Assembly (NCBI RefSeq): GCF_009914755.1
Contig: NC_060933.1
Direction: 5' to 3' (one strand)
Source of the DNA: the human T2T-CHM13v2.0 reference genome, Homo sapiens
Length of the DNA: 64,000 nucleotides
The translations under genes were made by a program, and so were the position numbers. Below the pieces are notes generated by a model, which saw nothing but the letters and a program-made list of their open reading frames with translations, made no database searches and was not told the DNA's origin. This document shows, piece after piece, positions 1 to 15,530 of the stretch; position 1 is the first letter of the stretch; each line of letters starts with the position of its first letter.

Positions 1-412
1 CCCGGCTCGATATGACACCCTTTCTAGGTAGATAGTGTCATTATTTAATTGAATTATAGTTAGTGTCTGTTGGAGAATTGTTTAGGGATTGGGGGAAAAA
101 CTTCACATATCTGGTTATCTAAGGGTTCTGTGTCGAATATGAGAGTAGAGAGAAAAACCTTTATTTTCCTTTGACAGTGTCTTATCATATTTATAGCTGT
201 TTTCTGTTTTGTTATACTTGTTTCCTTTTTAAACAGTCTTCCCCTCCTCTTTTGCCCTCTCTGGTTTTAATTGATCATGTGATATGATTTAATTTTTTTC
301 TCCTGTCTTAGCATACCAATTATGCTTCTTAAACAATTTATTTAAGTGGTTGTATTACAGTTTGTGCTGTTCACTTAAAACTAGTCCAAGTCCACGTCCA
401 AATAACATTATA

Positions 413-705
413 GGTCAGGTACAGTGGCTCACGCCTGTAATTCCAGCATTTTGGGGGACTGAGGCTGGCGGATCATTTAAGGTTAAGAGTACGAGACCTG
501 CCTGGTCAACATGGTGAAACCCCATCTCTACTAGAAATACAAAAAATTTGCTGAGCATGGTAATGTGCGCCTGTAGTCTCAGCTACTCAGGAGGCTGAGG
601 TATGAGAATCTCTTGAACTGGGAGGCAGTGAGCCGAGATTGTGCCACTTCACTCTAGCCTGGGCGACAGTGCGAAACTCTGTCTCAAAAAACACAAAAAC
701 AAAAA
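413..705 (+). mobile_element. Alu (S-type, small deletion in right arm)
   Basis: ggtcaggtacagtggctcacgcctgtaattcc...ctctgtctcaaaaa. Confidence 0.9.
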
Positions 706-997
706 TCCCACTATACTACTTCATGGAAAATGGAGGTAGTATATGTAATACTCTATCTTACAATACAGTATACAGATTCCTCCCTTCTGCCCATTGTAAC
801 ATTGTTGTCATTAATTTCACTTACCTATAAGCTGTAATAATCCAATGCATTGCTGCTATTAGTATTTTAGACATTTTTCTATTAATTTAAGAATAAGGAA
901 GAAAAGACTTAATTTACCTTCATCTCTTAATTCTCTAATGCTCCTGTGAATCTGAGTTTTTGGTTTAAATCATTTTCCTTCTTTCTGAAGAACTCCT

Positions 998-1303
998 TTA
1001 TTTATTTGTTTTTTTTAATTTTTGAGATGGAGTCCTGCTGTGTTGCCCAGCCTGGAGTGCAGTGGCGCAGTCTCTGCTTACTGCAACCTCTGCCTCCTGG
1101 GTTCAAGCGATTCTCCTGCCTCAGCCTCCTAAGTAGCTGGGACTACAGATGCATGCCACCATGCCCAGCTAATTTTTGTATTTTTAGTAGAAATGGGGTT
1201 TCACTATGTTGACCAGAATGGTCTTGATCTCTTGACCTAGTAATCTGCCCGCCTCGGCCTCCCAAAGTGCTGGGATTACAGGTGTGACCCACCACACCCG
1301 GCC
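998..1303 (-). mobile_element. Alu (S-type)
   Basis: T-rich tail, gagatggagtc...cacacccggcc. Confidence 0.92.
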
Positions 1304-1304
1304 T

Positions 1305-2172
1305 ATCTTAACCATTTTAAGTGTACACTTCATGTCATTAAGTACACTTACATTGTGCAACCATCACCACCATTCATCTCCTGACTTCACCATTATTCAT
1401 CTCCTGAATTCTTCATCTTGCAAAACTGAACCACTTACCCGTTAAGCAATGACTACCCATTCCACCGTCTTCCCAGACCCCAGTAACCGTTATTCTACTT
1501 TTGATGTCTGTAAATTCGAATACTTGAAGTATAAGTGGAATTATACAGTATTTGCCATTTGTTATTGGTTTCTTTTACTTGGCATAATGTCCTCAAGGTG
1601 CATCCGTGTTGTAGGAAATGTCAGCATTTCAATAATTTTTCAAGCTAAATAGTATCCCATTGTATGTATATACTGCATTTTGTTTCTCCATTCATCTGTT
1701 GATGAATAGTTGGGCAGCTTCCACCTTTTGGCTGTTGTGAATAATGGTGTTATGAATGTGGATATTTTTCTTTGAAGTTCAGTCTGTGCTGTCAGATTTT
1801 TGGGTTACATACCCAGAAGCAGAATTACTGGATCATATAGTAATTCCATTATCAATTTTTTTGAGGAATTATCATACTACTTTCTATAGTGACTGCACCA
1901 TTTTACATTCCTACCAACAGTGTACAAAGGTCACCATTTCTCCACATCCTCACCAACATTTATTTTCTCTTTTTTTGATAGTAGTTATCCTAATGGATAT
2001 GAGGTGGTATCTTGTAGTTTTCATTTACATTTCTCTAATTAGTAATGTTGAACATCTTTTCATGGGCTTATTGACCATTTGTATATCTTAATTGGAGAAA
2101 CATCTATTTAAGTCCTTTGTCCATCTTTTAATCAGGTTGTTTGTTTTTTGAGTTGTAAGAGTTTACATACAA

Positions 2173-2203
<31 letters not shown>

Positions 2204-2275
2204 ATGTTAGCTGCTTATCAGATATATGATTTGCAAATATTTCCCATTTTGTGTGTTACCTTTTCTTCCTTTTTT
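1305..2275 (-). mobile_element. Old L1M (L1MB-like) 3' end; resumes at ~9487-9726 after a nested L1
   Basis: Antisense L1M 3'UTR/ORF2 motifs (cattgtgcaaccatcaccacc, ccaacagtgtacaaagg, tccacatcctcaccaac). Confidence 0.75.
2174..2203. repeat. (CA)n microsatellite
   Basis: acacacacac run. Confidence 0.95.
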
Positions 2276-2493
2276 TCCCTGCTAACTTTTATTTTAGGTT
2301 CATGGGGTACATGTGTGGGTTTGTTGTGTGGGTTAATTGTGTGTCACTGGGGTTTGATGTATAAATTATTTTGTCACCCAGGTAGAGAGCATAGTACCCG
2401 ATAGATAGTTTTTTGATCCTCACCCTCCCCACACCCTCCACCCTCAAGTAGGCCTTGGTGTTTGTTGTTTCCTTCTTTGTGTCCATGTGTACT

Positions 2494-2894
2494 GGATAGA
2501 GTTTGAATACATGTCCCCACCAAGTCTCATATTTAATTGTAATCCCCATTGTTGGAGGTGGGGACTGGTGGGAGGCAGTTGGGTCATAGGGGTGGATCTT
2601 TCATGGCTTGGTGCTGTCCTTGCAATAGTTCTTGCAAGATCTGGTTAAGTGTGTGGCACCTCCCTATGCACTCCCCCTCTTGCTCCTGCTGTGACCATGT
2701 GATGTTCTGGCTCCGCTTTTGCCTTCTGCCATGATTGAAAGCTTCCTGCGTCCTCCCCAGCAGCTGGGCAGATAGATGCTGGTGCCATGCTTCCTGTACA
2801 GCTTGCAGAACCATGAGCCAATTAAACCTCTTTTCTTTGTAAATTACCCAGGCTCAGGTATTTCTTTATAGCAACACAACAATGGACTAACACA
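2494..2894 (+). mobile_element. MSTA-like MaLR solo LTR inserted in the L1 3'UTR, 5-bp TSD GTACT
   Basis: ...gtccccaccaagtctcat...aatggactaacaca; GTACT at 2489-2493 and 2895-2899. Confidence 0.85.
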
Positions 2895-5836
2895 GTACTC
2901 AAGTTTTAACTCCGTCTTGTGAGAATATGCAGTATTTGGTTTTCTTTTTCTGTGATAACTTGCTTAGGATAATGCTCTCCAGTGGCATCCATGTTGCTGC
3001 AAAGGGCATGATTTTGCTCCTTTTCATGGCTGTGTGGTAGTCCATGGTGAACATATACTGCATTTTCTTTATCCAGTCCACTGTTGACAGACATCTATGT
3101 TGATTCCATGTCTTTGCTATTGTGAAGTGGTGCTGTGATGCACATACGCATGCATGTGTCCTTATGGTAGGACAGTTTATGGTCCTTTGGGTATATACCC
3201 AGTAATGGGATTGCTGGTTCTAATGGTAGTTCTTAATTCTTTGGTAGTTCTTAGTTCTTAAATCTCCAGACTGCATTCCAAAGTGGCTGAACTAATTTAC
3301 ATTCCCACCAGCAGTGTGTAAGTGTTCCCTTTTCTCTGCAGCCTCACCAGCATCTGTTATTTTTGACTTTTTAATAATAGCCATTCTGACTGGTGTAGGA
3401 TCGTATCTCACTAATCATTAATCCTCTAATGATTAGTGATGTTGAGTTTTTTTTTTCCATGTTTCTTGGCCGCATGTGTCTTTTGAGAGGTGTCTGCTCA
3501 TGTCCATTGCCCATTTTTTAAATGGGGTTGTTAGTTTTCTGCTTGTTTGTTTAAGTTCCTTATCGATTCTGGATAATTAGATCTTTGTTGGATGTATAGC
3601 TTGCAAATGTTTTCTCCCATTTTGTAGATTGTCTGTTTACTCTGTGGACAGTTTCATTTGCTGTGCAAGAGCTCTTTAGTTTAATTAGGTCCCACTTGCC
3701 TTTTTTTTTTTTTTTTTTGTAGTTCTGGAATTTTCATCATGAAATCTTTGTCAGGGCTTATGTCCAGCATGGTATTCCCTAAGTTTTCTTCTAGGGTTTT
3801 TATAGTTTTAGGTTTTACATTTAAGTCTTTAATCTATCTTGAGTTGATTGTTGTATATGGTGAAAGGTAGGATCCAGTTTCAGTCTTCTGCATGTGGCTG
3901 GCCGTTATCTCCACACCATTTATTGAATAGGGAGTCCTTTTCCCATTGCTTGTCAGTTTTGTTAAAATCAGATGGTTGTAGGTGTCTGGCTTTATTTCTG
4001 GGCTCTTGACCTGTTCCATTGGTCTACATGTCTGTTTTTGTATCAGTGCCATGTTGTTTTGGTTATTGTAGCCTTTTAGTATAGGTTGAAGTCAGGTAGT
4101 GTGATGCCTCAGGCTTTATTCTTTTGGTTTAGGGTTGCTTTGGCTATTCAGGCTACTTTTTTGGGCCAGTATGAATTTTAAAATAGTTTTTTCTAATTCT
4201 GTGAGAAATAACATTGGCAGTTTGATAGGAATAGCATTGAAGCTGTAGATTGCTTTGGGCAGTATGGACATTTTAACAATTTTGATTCTTCCTGTCTATG
4301 AGCATGGAATGTTTTTCCATTTGTTTGTGTTGTCTCTGATTTCTTTGAGCAGTGTTTTGCAATTCTCATTGTAGAGATCTTTTACCTCTCTGATTAGCTC
4401 TATTCCTAGGCATTTTATTCTTTTTGTGGCGATTGTGAATGGGATTGAATTCTTGATTTGGCTCTCAGCTTGGATGTTATTGGTATATAGAAATACTACT
4501 GATTTTTGTACATTGATTTTGTATCCTGAAAGTTGGTTGAAGTTATTAGTTCTAGGAATCTTTGGGCAGAGACTATGGAGTTTTCTAGGTATAGAATCAT
4601 ACCGTCTGCAAACAGGGATGATTTGACTTCCTCTCTTCCTATTTGGATGTCTTTTATTTCTTTCTCTTTCCTGATTGCTCTGGCTAAGACTTCCAGAACT
4701 ATGTTGAATAGGAGTAAGTGGGTATCCTTGTGTTGTCCTGGTTCTCAAGGGGAATACTTCCAGCTTTTGCCCATTCAGTGTGATGTTAGCTGTGGGTTTT
4801 TCATAGATGGCTCTTATTATTTCCAGGTATATTCCTTTGATGCTTAGTCTTTTGAGGGTTTTTAACATGAAGGGATGTTGAATTTTATCAAAAGTCCTGA
4901 ATCTGAAAAGATGATCATGTGGTTTTTGTTTTTAGTTCTGTTTAGTAATGAATCACACTTATTGATTTGTGTATATTGAACCAACTTTGCATACCAGGAA
5001 TAAAGTCTACTTGATCATGGTAGATGTGCTGCTGGATTTGGTTTACCATTTTGTTGAAGATTTTTGCATTTATGTTAATCAGGGATATAGGCCTGAAGTT
5101 TCCTGTTTTTGTTATGTCTCTGCCAGGTTTTGTTATCAGAATGATGCTGGCTTCATAAAATAAAATGAGTTAGGGAGGAGTCCCTCCTTCTCAATTTTTT
5201 GGAATAGTTTCAATAGGATTGGTACCAGCTCTTCTTTATATGTCCGGTAGAATTTGGTTATGAATCCATCTGGTCCAGGGCTTTTTCTGGTTGGTAGACT
5301 TTTTATACAATTTCAGAACTCATTATTGCTCTGTTGAGGTATTCAGTTTCTTCCAGGTTCAATCTTGGGAGGTTGTATGTTTCCAGGAATTCATCCATTT
5401 CTTGTAGATTTTCTAGTTAGTGTGCATAGAGATGTTCATAATAGCCTCTAAGGATTTTTTGTATTTCTCTGGGTCGGTGGTAATGTCCCCTTTGCCATTT
5501 CTAATTGTGTTTATTTGGATCTCCTCTCTCTCTTTTTTTTTCTTTGTTAGTCTGGCTGGCAATCTATCTTATTTATTCTTTCAAGGAACCATCTTTTGTA
5601 TTTTTTTTGTTCAGTTCAACTCTAATTTTGGTTATTTCTTTTCTGTGGCTAGCTTTGGGGTTGATTTGCTCATTTTTCTAGTTCCTCTAGGCATGATGTT
5701 AGTTGTTAACTTTATATCTTTCTAACATTTTGATGTGGGCATTTAGCACTATAAACTTTCCTCTTAAGACTACATTAGCTATGTCCCAGAGATTCTGGTA
5801 TATTGTATCTTTGTTTTCATTAGTTTCAAATAATTC

Positions 5837-6169
5837 CTTTCTTTTCTTTTCTTTTTCTTCTTCTTTTTTTTTTTTTTTTTTGAGACAGGTTCTTGCCCTG
5901 TTGCCGAGGCTGAAGTGGAGTGGCATGAACACGGCTCACTGCAGCCTCCACCTTCCAGGCTCAAGCAGTCCTCCCACCTCTCAGCCTCCTGAGTAGCTGG
6001 GACTGCAGGTGTGCACTCCTACACCTGGCTAATTTTTTTTGTATTTTTTGTAAAGACAATGTTTCACCATGTTGGCCAGGCTGGTCTTGAACTCCTGGGC
6101 TCAAGTGATCCCCCCACCTAAGCCTTGCAAAGTACTGGGATTACAGGCATGAGCCACCGTGCCTGGCCC
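5837..6169 (-). mobile_element. AluJ inside L1
   Basis: Poly-T tail, gagacaggttcttgcc...cgtgcctggcc. Confidence 0.9.
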
Positions 6170-7908
6170 AAAGAATTTCTGGATTTCAGTGAAATTAAGA
6201 TTTCGTTGTTTACCCAAAAGTCATTCAGGAGTGGTTTAATTTCCATGGAATTGTATGGTTTTGAGAGATCTTCTTGGTATTGTTACCTATTTTTATTGCA
6301 CTGTCATCTTGAGAACATGGTTGGTATGATTGTGGGATTTTTAATTTGTTGAGAATTGCTTTATGGTTGAGCATGTGGTTGGTTTTAGATACGTGCCATG
6401 TGCATATGAGAATAACGTATATTCTGTTTTTGTTGGGTGAGGTGTTCTGTAGAACTCTGTTAGGTCCATTTGGTGAAGTGTTGACTTTAGGTCTGTCTAA
6501 TACTGTCAGTGGGTTTTTGAAGTCTCCCACTATTATTGTGTGGTTGTGCAAGTCTCTGTAGGTCTCTGAGAGCTTCTTTTTTGAATCTAGGTGCTCCAGT
6601 GTTGGGTATATACGTATTTAGGATAGTTAAGTCTTCTTGTTGAATTCAACCTTTTATTGTTTTGTAATGCCCTTCTTTGTCCTTTTTGATTGTTGTTGGT
6701 TTCAAGTCTGTTTTGTCTGAAATAAGTTACCCATGCCTGCCCTTTTTTGTTTTACTTGCTTGATAGATCTTTCTCCATTCCTTTACTTTGAGCCTATGGG
6801 TGGCATTGCATATGAAATGGGTCTCATAAAGACAACATACAATTGGTTCTTGGTTCTTCATATGAATTGCCATTCTGTGCCTTTGAAGTGGGATGTTTAG
6901 CCTGTTTACATTCAAGATGAATATTGTTATGTGCTGATTTCATCCTGTTATCGTGTTGTTAGCTGGTTGGTATGCAGACTTGATTGTATAGTTGCTTTAT
7001 AGAGTTAGTGGTCTCTGTACTTAAGTGTGTTTCTGTGGTAGCCGGTAATGGTCTTTCATTTCCATGGTTAGTACTCCCTTAAGGACCTCTTAAAAGGCAA
7101 GTCTGGTGGTAATGAGTTCCCTTAGCATTTACTTGTCTGAAAATATTTTATTTCTGATTCACTTATGAAGTTTAGTTTGGTTAGATATGAAATTCTTGGT
7201 TGGAATTTCTTTTCTTTAAGGATGCTGAATTAGGCCCCCAATTTCTTCTGGCTTGTAGGATTTCTGCTGAAAGGTCTGGTGCTAGCCTGATGGGATTCCC
7301 TTTGTAGTAGACCTACCCCTTCTCTCTAGCTCCCTTTATTATTTTTTTCTTTCACATTGACCTTGGAGAATCTGATGATTATGTGTCTTGGGGATGGTCA
7401 TCTTGTATAGTATCTTGCAGGGGTTCTATGAATTTCCTGAATTTGCATGTCAACCTCTCTAGCTAGGATGGGGAAATTTTTGTGGACAGTATCCTCAAAT
7501 ATGTTTCCAAGTTGCTTGTTTTCTCTCCCTCTCTTTCAGGGACAACAGTGAGTTGTAGATTTGATCTCTTCACATAATCTCATGTTTTTGGGAGATTTTT
7601 TTCCATTGAAAAGTTATTTTTCCTTTATTTTTGTCTGAGTTGATACTGAAGAACCAGTCTTCAAGTTCTTGAGATTCCCTCCTCAGCTTAATCTGTTCTG
7701 CTGTTAATACTTCCAGTGATATTGTGAAGTTCTTGTAGTGAGTTTTTTAGCTCTGTCAGATCAGTTTGGTTGTTTCTTAAAATGACTATTTCATTTTTCA
7801 GCTCTTGACTCATTTTACTGGAGTCCTTAAATTCCGTGGATTGGGTTTCAACTTTCTCCCGAATTTCGGTATCTTCTGAGTTTTATGCCCATCATTTCAG
7901 TGTGATTA

Positions 7909-8226
<318 letters not shown>

Positions 8227-9535
8227 AGAACCATTGCTGGGGAGCTACTGCAGTCATTTTAAGGTAAGAAGACACTCAGGCTTATAGAGTTGCTAGAATT
8301 CTTGCCCTGATTCTTTCTCATCTTTGTGGGCTGATGTTCCTTTAATCTCTCCAGTTGCTATCCTTTGAATGAGGCTTTTTGCTTTTATATTCTTGGATGC
8401 CCCAAGGGTTTGACCTTGATATAAGTTGAGTTTAGTCGACTGGCATAGTTTCTTGATGATTTCTGGGTACCAAGGCTCAGCTCAGCACTCCTGGCATGCA
8501 TGCTATAACCCTGGGGTGTTAGGACTAGGCACATGACTTTGTTCTCTGTCTCCTCGAGGTTAAGCACCCATTGCACTGGTGGGGCCAAGGTGTTCCCGGT
8601 CTGCTGGGCAACAACACTCTGATGGTGGGGCCGGCAAAAGTGCTTGGTTGGGGTGGTGACAGTAGGGTGGTAAGGCCTGCATATACATTGGAAAAGCCGT
8701 CGGGGGAGGCTGTGGGTGACGGTGTCCTGGCAAAACAGTGCGGGGAAGCTGTGCGTGGGTGGATGCTGGTGGAGGCCCATGTGCAGGTGCTCTCTGGTGG
8801 TTACCTGGGGCTTGCCAGCAAAGGAGCTATAGTGGTGGCTGTCGGGAAGTGCTGCGGTTGGGCATCAGCGTCCATTGCAATTGGATGTGGCCAGGCAGGG
8901 ACTGTGGAACAGGCAACCAGGGATGGGGGTTGGGGGGGGCGCTCAAATCTGACAAGCCCTGTGCCATGGGCAAGATAGTTCTGTTCTGTCTAGGTCCAAT
9001 AGTCAGCAAAGACCAAAGCTACCTAGAGGTGTGTGGTGAGCTTTGGGAGATGGACATACCTGGCCATGCTCCACTGCAGCCATTCCCACACCAGGCCTTC
9101 TGGGCTCCGTGCAGACTGGAGTCCTGTTTCTGCCAACTTCCCAAGCAGCTGTCTTTGCAACCTCAAATGTCTGTAGGGGTCATGGAGCCTCCTTCAGCTA
9201 GGATTCTAGAGGTCCATGACAAGAACAGGCTACTCCATGCCTGTTTAACTCATCCTTTCCCCAGGAGCATTTGGGGTCAGAATGAGTCATGGTGCTAGGG
9301 GAGCTCCCTGTAAGGTTCCCAGCTTTCTCCTCCTTCAGCCCAGGATCCGCATCCTCCTTCTGTTCACTCTCAGTGCCTTCCTTCCAAAGATCTGCTCAGA
9401 GTGTGCTGGTCTTCTTGATGGCCTGGTCTCTTGGTGGTGGAAGCTCTTCCTGACTCTGTGTCTACTTGGCCACCCTGACTCCTCTCTGTTGTCTGTTCAC
9501 TGTATATAGTGTCATGTGAGGAATAAAAGTTTTAA

Positions 9536-10327
<792 letters not shown>

Positions 10328-10769
10328 CGAATGCTTTATTTTTATTTTTATTTTTTTTCCATTCTCTTTCACTTATCTTTGCTCTGATCTTTATTATTTT
10401 CTCCCTTCTGCTAGGTTTGCATTTTGTTTTGTTTTTTTCCCTATTTCCTTAAGGAATAAATTTAGGTGGTGATTTGGGATGTTTCTTCTTTTTAAACATA
10501 AACAGTTACAGCTTTATGTTCCTTCTAGCGCTGCTTTTGCTGTATCATACTAATTATGATGGTACAGTCTTTTTATTTTCATCTCGATATTTTCTAATTT
10601 TTCTTGGGGTTACCTTTTTGACCCGTTTCTTATTTAAGAGTGCTTAATTTTCATATATTTGTTCATTGTTCTGTTTCCATCTGTTATTTCCTTATTTATT
10701 TTATTTATTTATTGTTACTAGAAAAGATACCTTGCATAACGTCAATCTTTTATAATTTTACAATTTTGT

Positions 10770-11720
10770 TTTTAATTGACATGTATTGTGCATATTTATT
10801 AGGTACAGGGTGATGTTTCAATACATGTATACATTGTATAAAAATCAAATTGGTATTTAGAATATCCATCACCTTATACATTCATCATTTCCTTGTGGTG
10901 AGGACATTCAAAATCTTTCTTCTAGCTATGTTAAAACATGCAATACAGTATTGTTAACCATAGTCACTCTGCTGTGCAATAGAACACCAGAACTTATTCT
11001 TCCCATCTTACTGTAACTTTATTCTCATTGACCAATCTTTACCTATTTCCCCTCTCGCCAGTATTCCCCAGCCTCTGGCAACCACTATTCTATACACTAC
11101 TTCTATGAGATGTCAACTTTTTTAGATTTCACACGTGAAATCATGCAGTATTTGTCTTTCTGTGCCTGGCTTATTTCCCTTAGCATTATGCCTTCCAGGT
11201 GCGTCTGTGTTGCTGCAAAGGACAAGATTATATTGTTTTGTTTTGTTTTTTTTTTTAAATGGGGAATAGTATTTCACTGTGTATATATATACCACATTTT
11301 CTTTAGCAGTGCATCTGTTTGTAGACACTTGATTTCATATCTTGGCTTTTGTGAAAAGTGCTGCAATAAACATAAAGTCCAGGTTTCTCTTCAACAAACT
11401 GATTTCATTTCTTTGGGATATTTATACATTAGTGGGAATGATGGATCATATGGTAATTTTATTTTTAAATTTTTTGAAGAACTTCCATAGTGTGTTTTAT
11501 AATGGCTGTACTAATTTATACTCCCAAAAACAGTGTGTAAGAGTTTCCCTTTCTCCACAGTCACACCAGCATTTATTTTTTTGTCTTTTTGATGATAGCC
11601 AGTCTAATAGGTTGAGGTAATATCTTCTTGTGGTTTTGATTTTTATTTATCTGATGATGGGTGATGCTGAGCCTTTTCTCATATATATACCTGTTGACCA
11701 TTTGTATGTTTTCTTTTCTC
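10770..11720 (-). mobile_element. L1MA-type 3' end, nested in older L1M (~10330-12140)
   Basis: gtgcaatagaacaccagaacttatt, atcatgcagtatttgtctttctgtgcctggc. Confidence 0.75.
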
Positions 11721-12139
11721 TTTACAAAAATTTTGACACTTGTTTTATGACCTCACATATATCCTGGAGAATGTCCCATGTGCACCTGAGAAAAATGTGT
11801 ATTCTGCTGTTGGTGGGTGGAGTGTTCTGTATGTGTCTTTTGGTCCAGTTGGTCAATAGTATTAAGTCCTATATTTCCTTATTAATCTTCTGTGTGGTTG
11901 TTCTGTCCATTACTGAAAGTGGGGTATTGAAGCCTTCTACTGCTAATGTAGTGCTATCTGTTTCTCTCCTCAATTCTGTCAGTGTTTGCTTCATATGTTT
12001 TGCTGGTCTCATGTTTGGTGCATACATGTTTATAATTGTTACATCTTTTTAGTGAAGTGTCGGTTTTATCGTTATATAATGCCCTTCTTTGTTTTTTGTA
12101 ACAGATTTTGACTTAAAGTTTATATGTCTAATATTAGTA

Positions 12140-13095
12140 TAGGTTGAATATGCCTTATCTGAAATGCTTGGAATCAGAAGTGATATGGATTTTGGATTTT
12201 TTTTTTCTTCAGATTTTAGAATACGTACATATACATAATGAGATATCTTGGAGATGAGACCCAAGTCTAACACAAAATTCATTTATGTTTCAAATATACC
12301 TTGTACACATAGCCCAAAGATAATTTTATACAATATTTTAAATAATTTTCTGCATGAAACAAAGCTTGTGTACCTTCAACCATCAGAAAGGAAAGGCGTC
12401 ACTGTCTCAGCTGCCCATGTGGACAATCTGTGGTTGTTTGGCATCATCGTTATTCTTGACTGAATTTATATGCTGATCAGCAATAATTTTCTCACATTTA
12501 TTCACACGTAAGTTGTTAACAGTAAGACATATGAGGTACCATTAATTCAGTGAAAATACAGTGTGTTCAGGGTGAGTAAGCAGCACAGTAGCATCACTGG
12601 GAATATATGTATCCACTGTTAAACAGCAGCAGCAACAAACAGTGGCAGGCAGGCTCTCAGTCTCCACCTACAATGCTGTGTTTTGATTAAAAGGTAACTG
12701 TAGAATGTACTGTATTTATTTATTTTTTTTTTCAAGTGAGAAGAAACATTAGAAGCAGTTGAGGGGCCCGGAATTGGATCCTCAGGGGATGAGGAGGCAT
12801 TTTGCTAGATGGCTTTTAAAAATGTTTCCTCCAGAACCATCTGCCTCACTAACTCTTTTTTGTCTGAGAAGTCTCTGATTTTATAAACTGTCATAATTTA
12901 TTGTTCTGTTATGAATGCCTGCTGCTCCAGTCCTTTAATAAGCCCATCACACATTTTCACCATGTACCATGTGGTCTATAGGTACCTTTTTGCATTGGTA
13001 ACATCATCATCTTTATCTTCATCATCCACTTGTGGTATTATGTCTGCACTCAGAAAGTTTCCGATTTTGGAGTTTTGGATTAGTGATGCCCAGGT
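12140..13095. mobile_element. Tigger4/MER46-family DNA transposon derivative
   Basis: TA+aggttgaatatgccttatctgaaatgcttgg terminus; degenerate other terminus ggattagtgatgcc. Confidence 0.7.
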
Positions 13096-13174
13096 ATCTT
13101 TGCTCTTTTGGTTATTTTTGCATGGGCTTACTTTTTTTTAAATCTTTTTGCTTTTGACCTATGAGTGTCCTTAG

Positions 13175-13548
<374 letters not shown>

Positions 13549-13794
13549 TAATCCATTCTGCCAATCTGTCTTTTTGTAGGAGAGTTAAGCCATTTATATT
13601 TGAAGTAGTTACAGATAGGGAAGGACTTAATATTGCCATTTTGCTAATTACTTTCTATGTGTCTTACAGCATTTCTTCTTTCTGTTTTACCCCTTAGTGC
13701 CTTTCCTTTGGTTTAGTTAATTTTTTATAGCAACTTTGATTCATTTTGTGTTTAATTAACTAATAACATAATTAATATTAACATCAAGATGGCA

Positions 13795-13901
13795 ATGAGG
13801 TCTCGCTGTGTTGCCCAAGCTGGACTTCTAGGCTTGTGTGATCCTCCCACCTCAGCCTCCTCAAGTAGCTGGGACTACGGGTGCCTGCCACCATGCCTGG
13901 A
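13795..13901 (-). mobile_element. FLAM/Alu monomer fragment
   Basis: ggtctcgctgtgttgcccaagctgg...ccaccatgcctgg. Confidence 0.75.
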
Positions 13902-14514
13902 TGACTTTTGTGTATGTTCTAAAGGTATTTTCTTTGTGGTTACGATGGGGTTACATGTAACATCCTAATGTTATAGCAGTGTATTTTAAACTTTCATTAA
14001 TCCCATTACCTGTATGTTACAGCTTTTGCAATTGTCCTATAGTTCTTAGACATTCTGTTCTATTATTTTTCTCATTTTCTTTTTTTATTGGCTTTGAATT
14101 GGGAAGTTTTTATTTACGTATCTTGGGGCTTACTGATTTTGCATTAAATAATTTTTTCTCAATGGTTTATTGCAAGTATATTTAAATGTAGTTTACTTTT
14201 TGCATGTTGATCTTGTATCATGCTACTTTGTTAGACTCATTTGTATAATTCTGATTAAAATGTTTGTATATATTAACATTGAGCTACAATTGCAGAGGTC
14301 AAAAGATACAATTAGTGAAGATTTGGTCAAGCATACTCTGTTAGACTATGTAGAAGAATGAAGGTGAGATAATAAGATTATAGGCAGATTATATTATCTG
14401 TTATGCACATTATTTATATATTTTTCCTGATTATGACAGGAATGAAGCATACGTATTAACTTTTTAAAATGAAAAATATTTGATTGTTTGAATCTTTTTT
14501 TTAATCTTTTTTAG

Positions 14515-14558
14515 GAGCTGTGGCCCTCAAGAATCTTCAAATTAAAGAAAATGCCCTG
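14515..14558 (+). CDS. VPS13A: VPS13A exon 2 (44 nt; GAVALKNLQIKENAL)
   Basis: ttttttag|GAGCTG...GCCCTG|gtaggt. Confidence 0.96.
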
Positions 14559-14774
14559 GTAGGTTTTGACTATGAAAAATTTGTAAAGTTATTGCATTTA
14601 ATTATGTATAATTCTTCCTGATTCAGTTTGTCACCTTAAATTATTTAAATTTGAGAAAGTTTTTTGTAAATAATTTTTGCAAAATGTAAATTTTGCTAAA
14701 TGGAGTTTTAATCTCCCTGAAAGCACAAATGGACAGTGTGATTTTTTTTCTATTTAAAAATACATATTGTTTTA

Positions 14775-15092
14775 GGCTGGGCATGGTGGCTCACGCCTGT
14801 AATCCCAGCACTTTGGGAGGTCAAGGCAGGTGGATTATTTGAGGTCAGTAGTTCGAGACTAGCCTGGCCAACATGGTGAAACCCCATCTCTACTAAAAAT
14901 GCAAAAAGCTTCGCCAGGCATGGTGGTGGACGCCAGTAATCCCAGCTGCCAGGGAGGATGAGGCAGGAGAATCGCTTGAACCCAGGAGGTGGAGGCTGTA
15001 GTAAATGGAGATCGTGCTACTGCACTCCAGCCTGGGTGACAGAGTGAGACTCTGTCTCAAAACAAAACAAAACAAAAACAAACATACAAAAA
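14775..15092 (+). mobile_element. AluS
   Basis: ggctgggcatggtggctcacgcc...(aaaac)n tail. Confidence 0.92.
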
Positions 15093-15133
15093 ATACAGAT
15101 GTTTTTATTTCAAATTTTTAACTTGTTTTCTGA

Positions 15134-15530
15134 TTTTTTTTTTAAGACAGGCTCATGCTGTGTCACCCCAGGCTGCAGTGCAGTGGTGTGATCATAGCTT
15201 ACTGTAGGCCTCAGCTCCTAGGCTCAAGCTGTCTTCCCCTTTCAGCCTCCTGAGCAGCTGAAAAGTTTTTAATCTGATAAAGACTAGTTCATTTTTTTAA
15301 TTGCTTGTGCTTTTATTGTCATATTCAAGAAGTCTTTACCGAATCTAATGTCGTGAAGATTTTCCCTTATGTTTTCTTCTAAGAGTTGTATAGTTTTAGC
15401 TCTTAGGTTTAGATCTTAGATCCATTTTGAGGTAATTTTTGTATATGGTATAGGATAAGGGTTCAGTTTCATGTTTTTGCGAGTGGATATCTAGTTTTCC
15501 TAGCACCATTTATTTAAAAGGCTATTCTTT
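15134..15530 (-). mobile_element. Partial AluJ right arm (15134-15261) joined to an L1M ORF2 fragment (15262-15530)
   Basis: agacaggctcatgctgtgtcacc...; ttttcttctaagagttgtatagttttagctc. Confidence 0.75.

Noticed and set aside
1365-1407. 20-bp near-tandem duplication (also an 18-bp one at ~3223-3260)
   Set aside because: Ordinary slippage duplications within L1
4296-4868. 190-aa RT-like ORF
   Set aside because: Frameshifted L1 ORF2 remnant, not an intact gene
8385-9509. Overlapping 130-186 aa ORFs in a GC-rich stretch
   Set aside because: They lie in the L1 5'UTR, show no recognisable protein features, and ORFs of this length are expected by chance at this GC content
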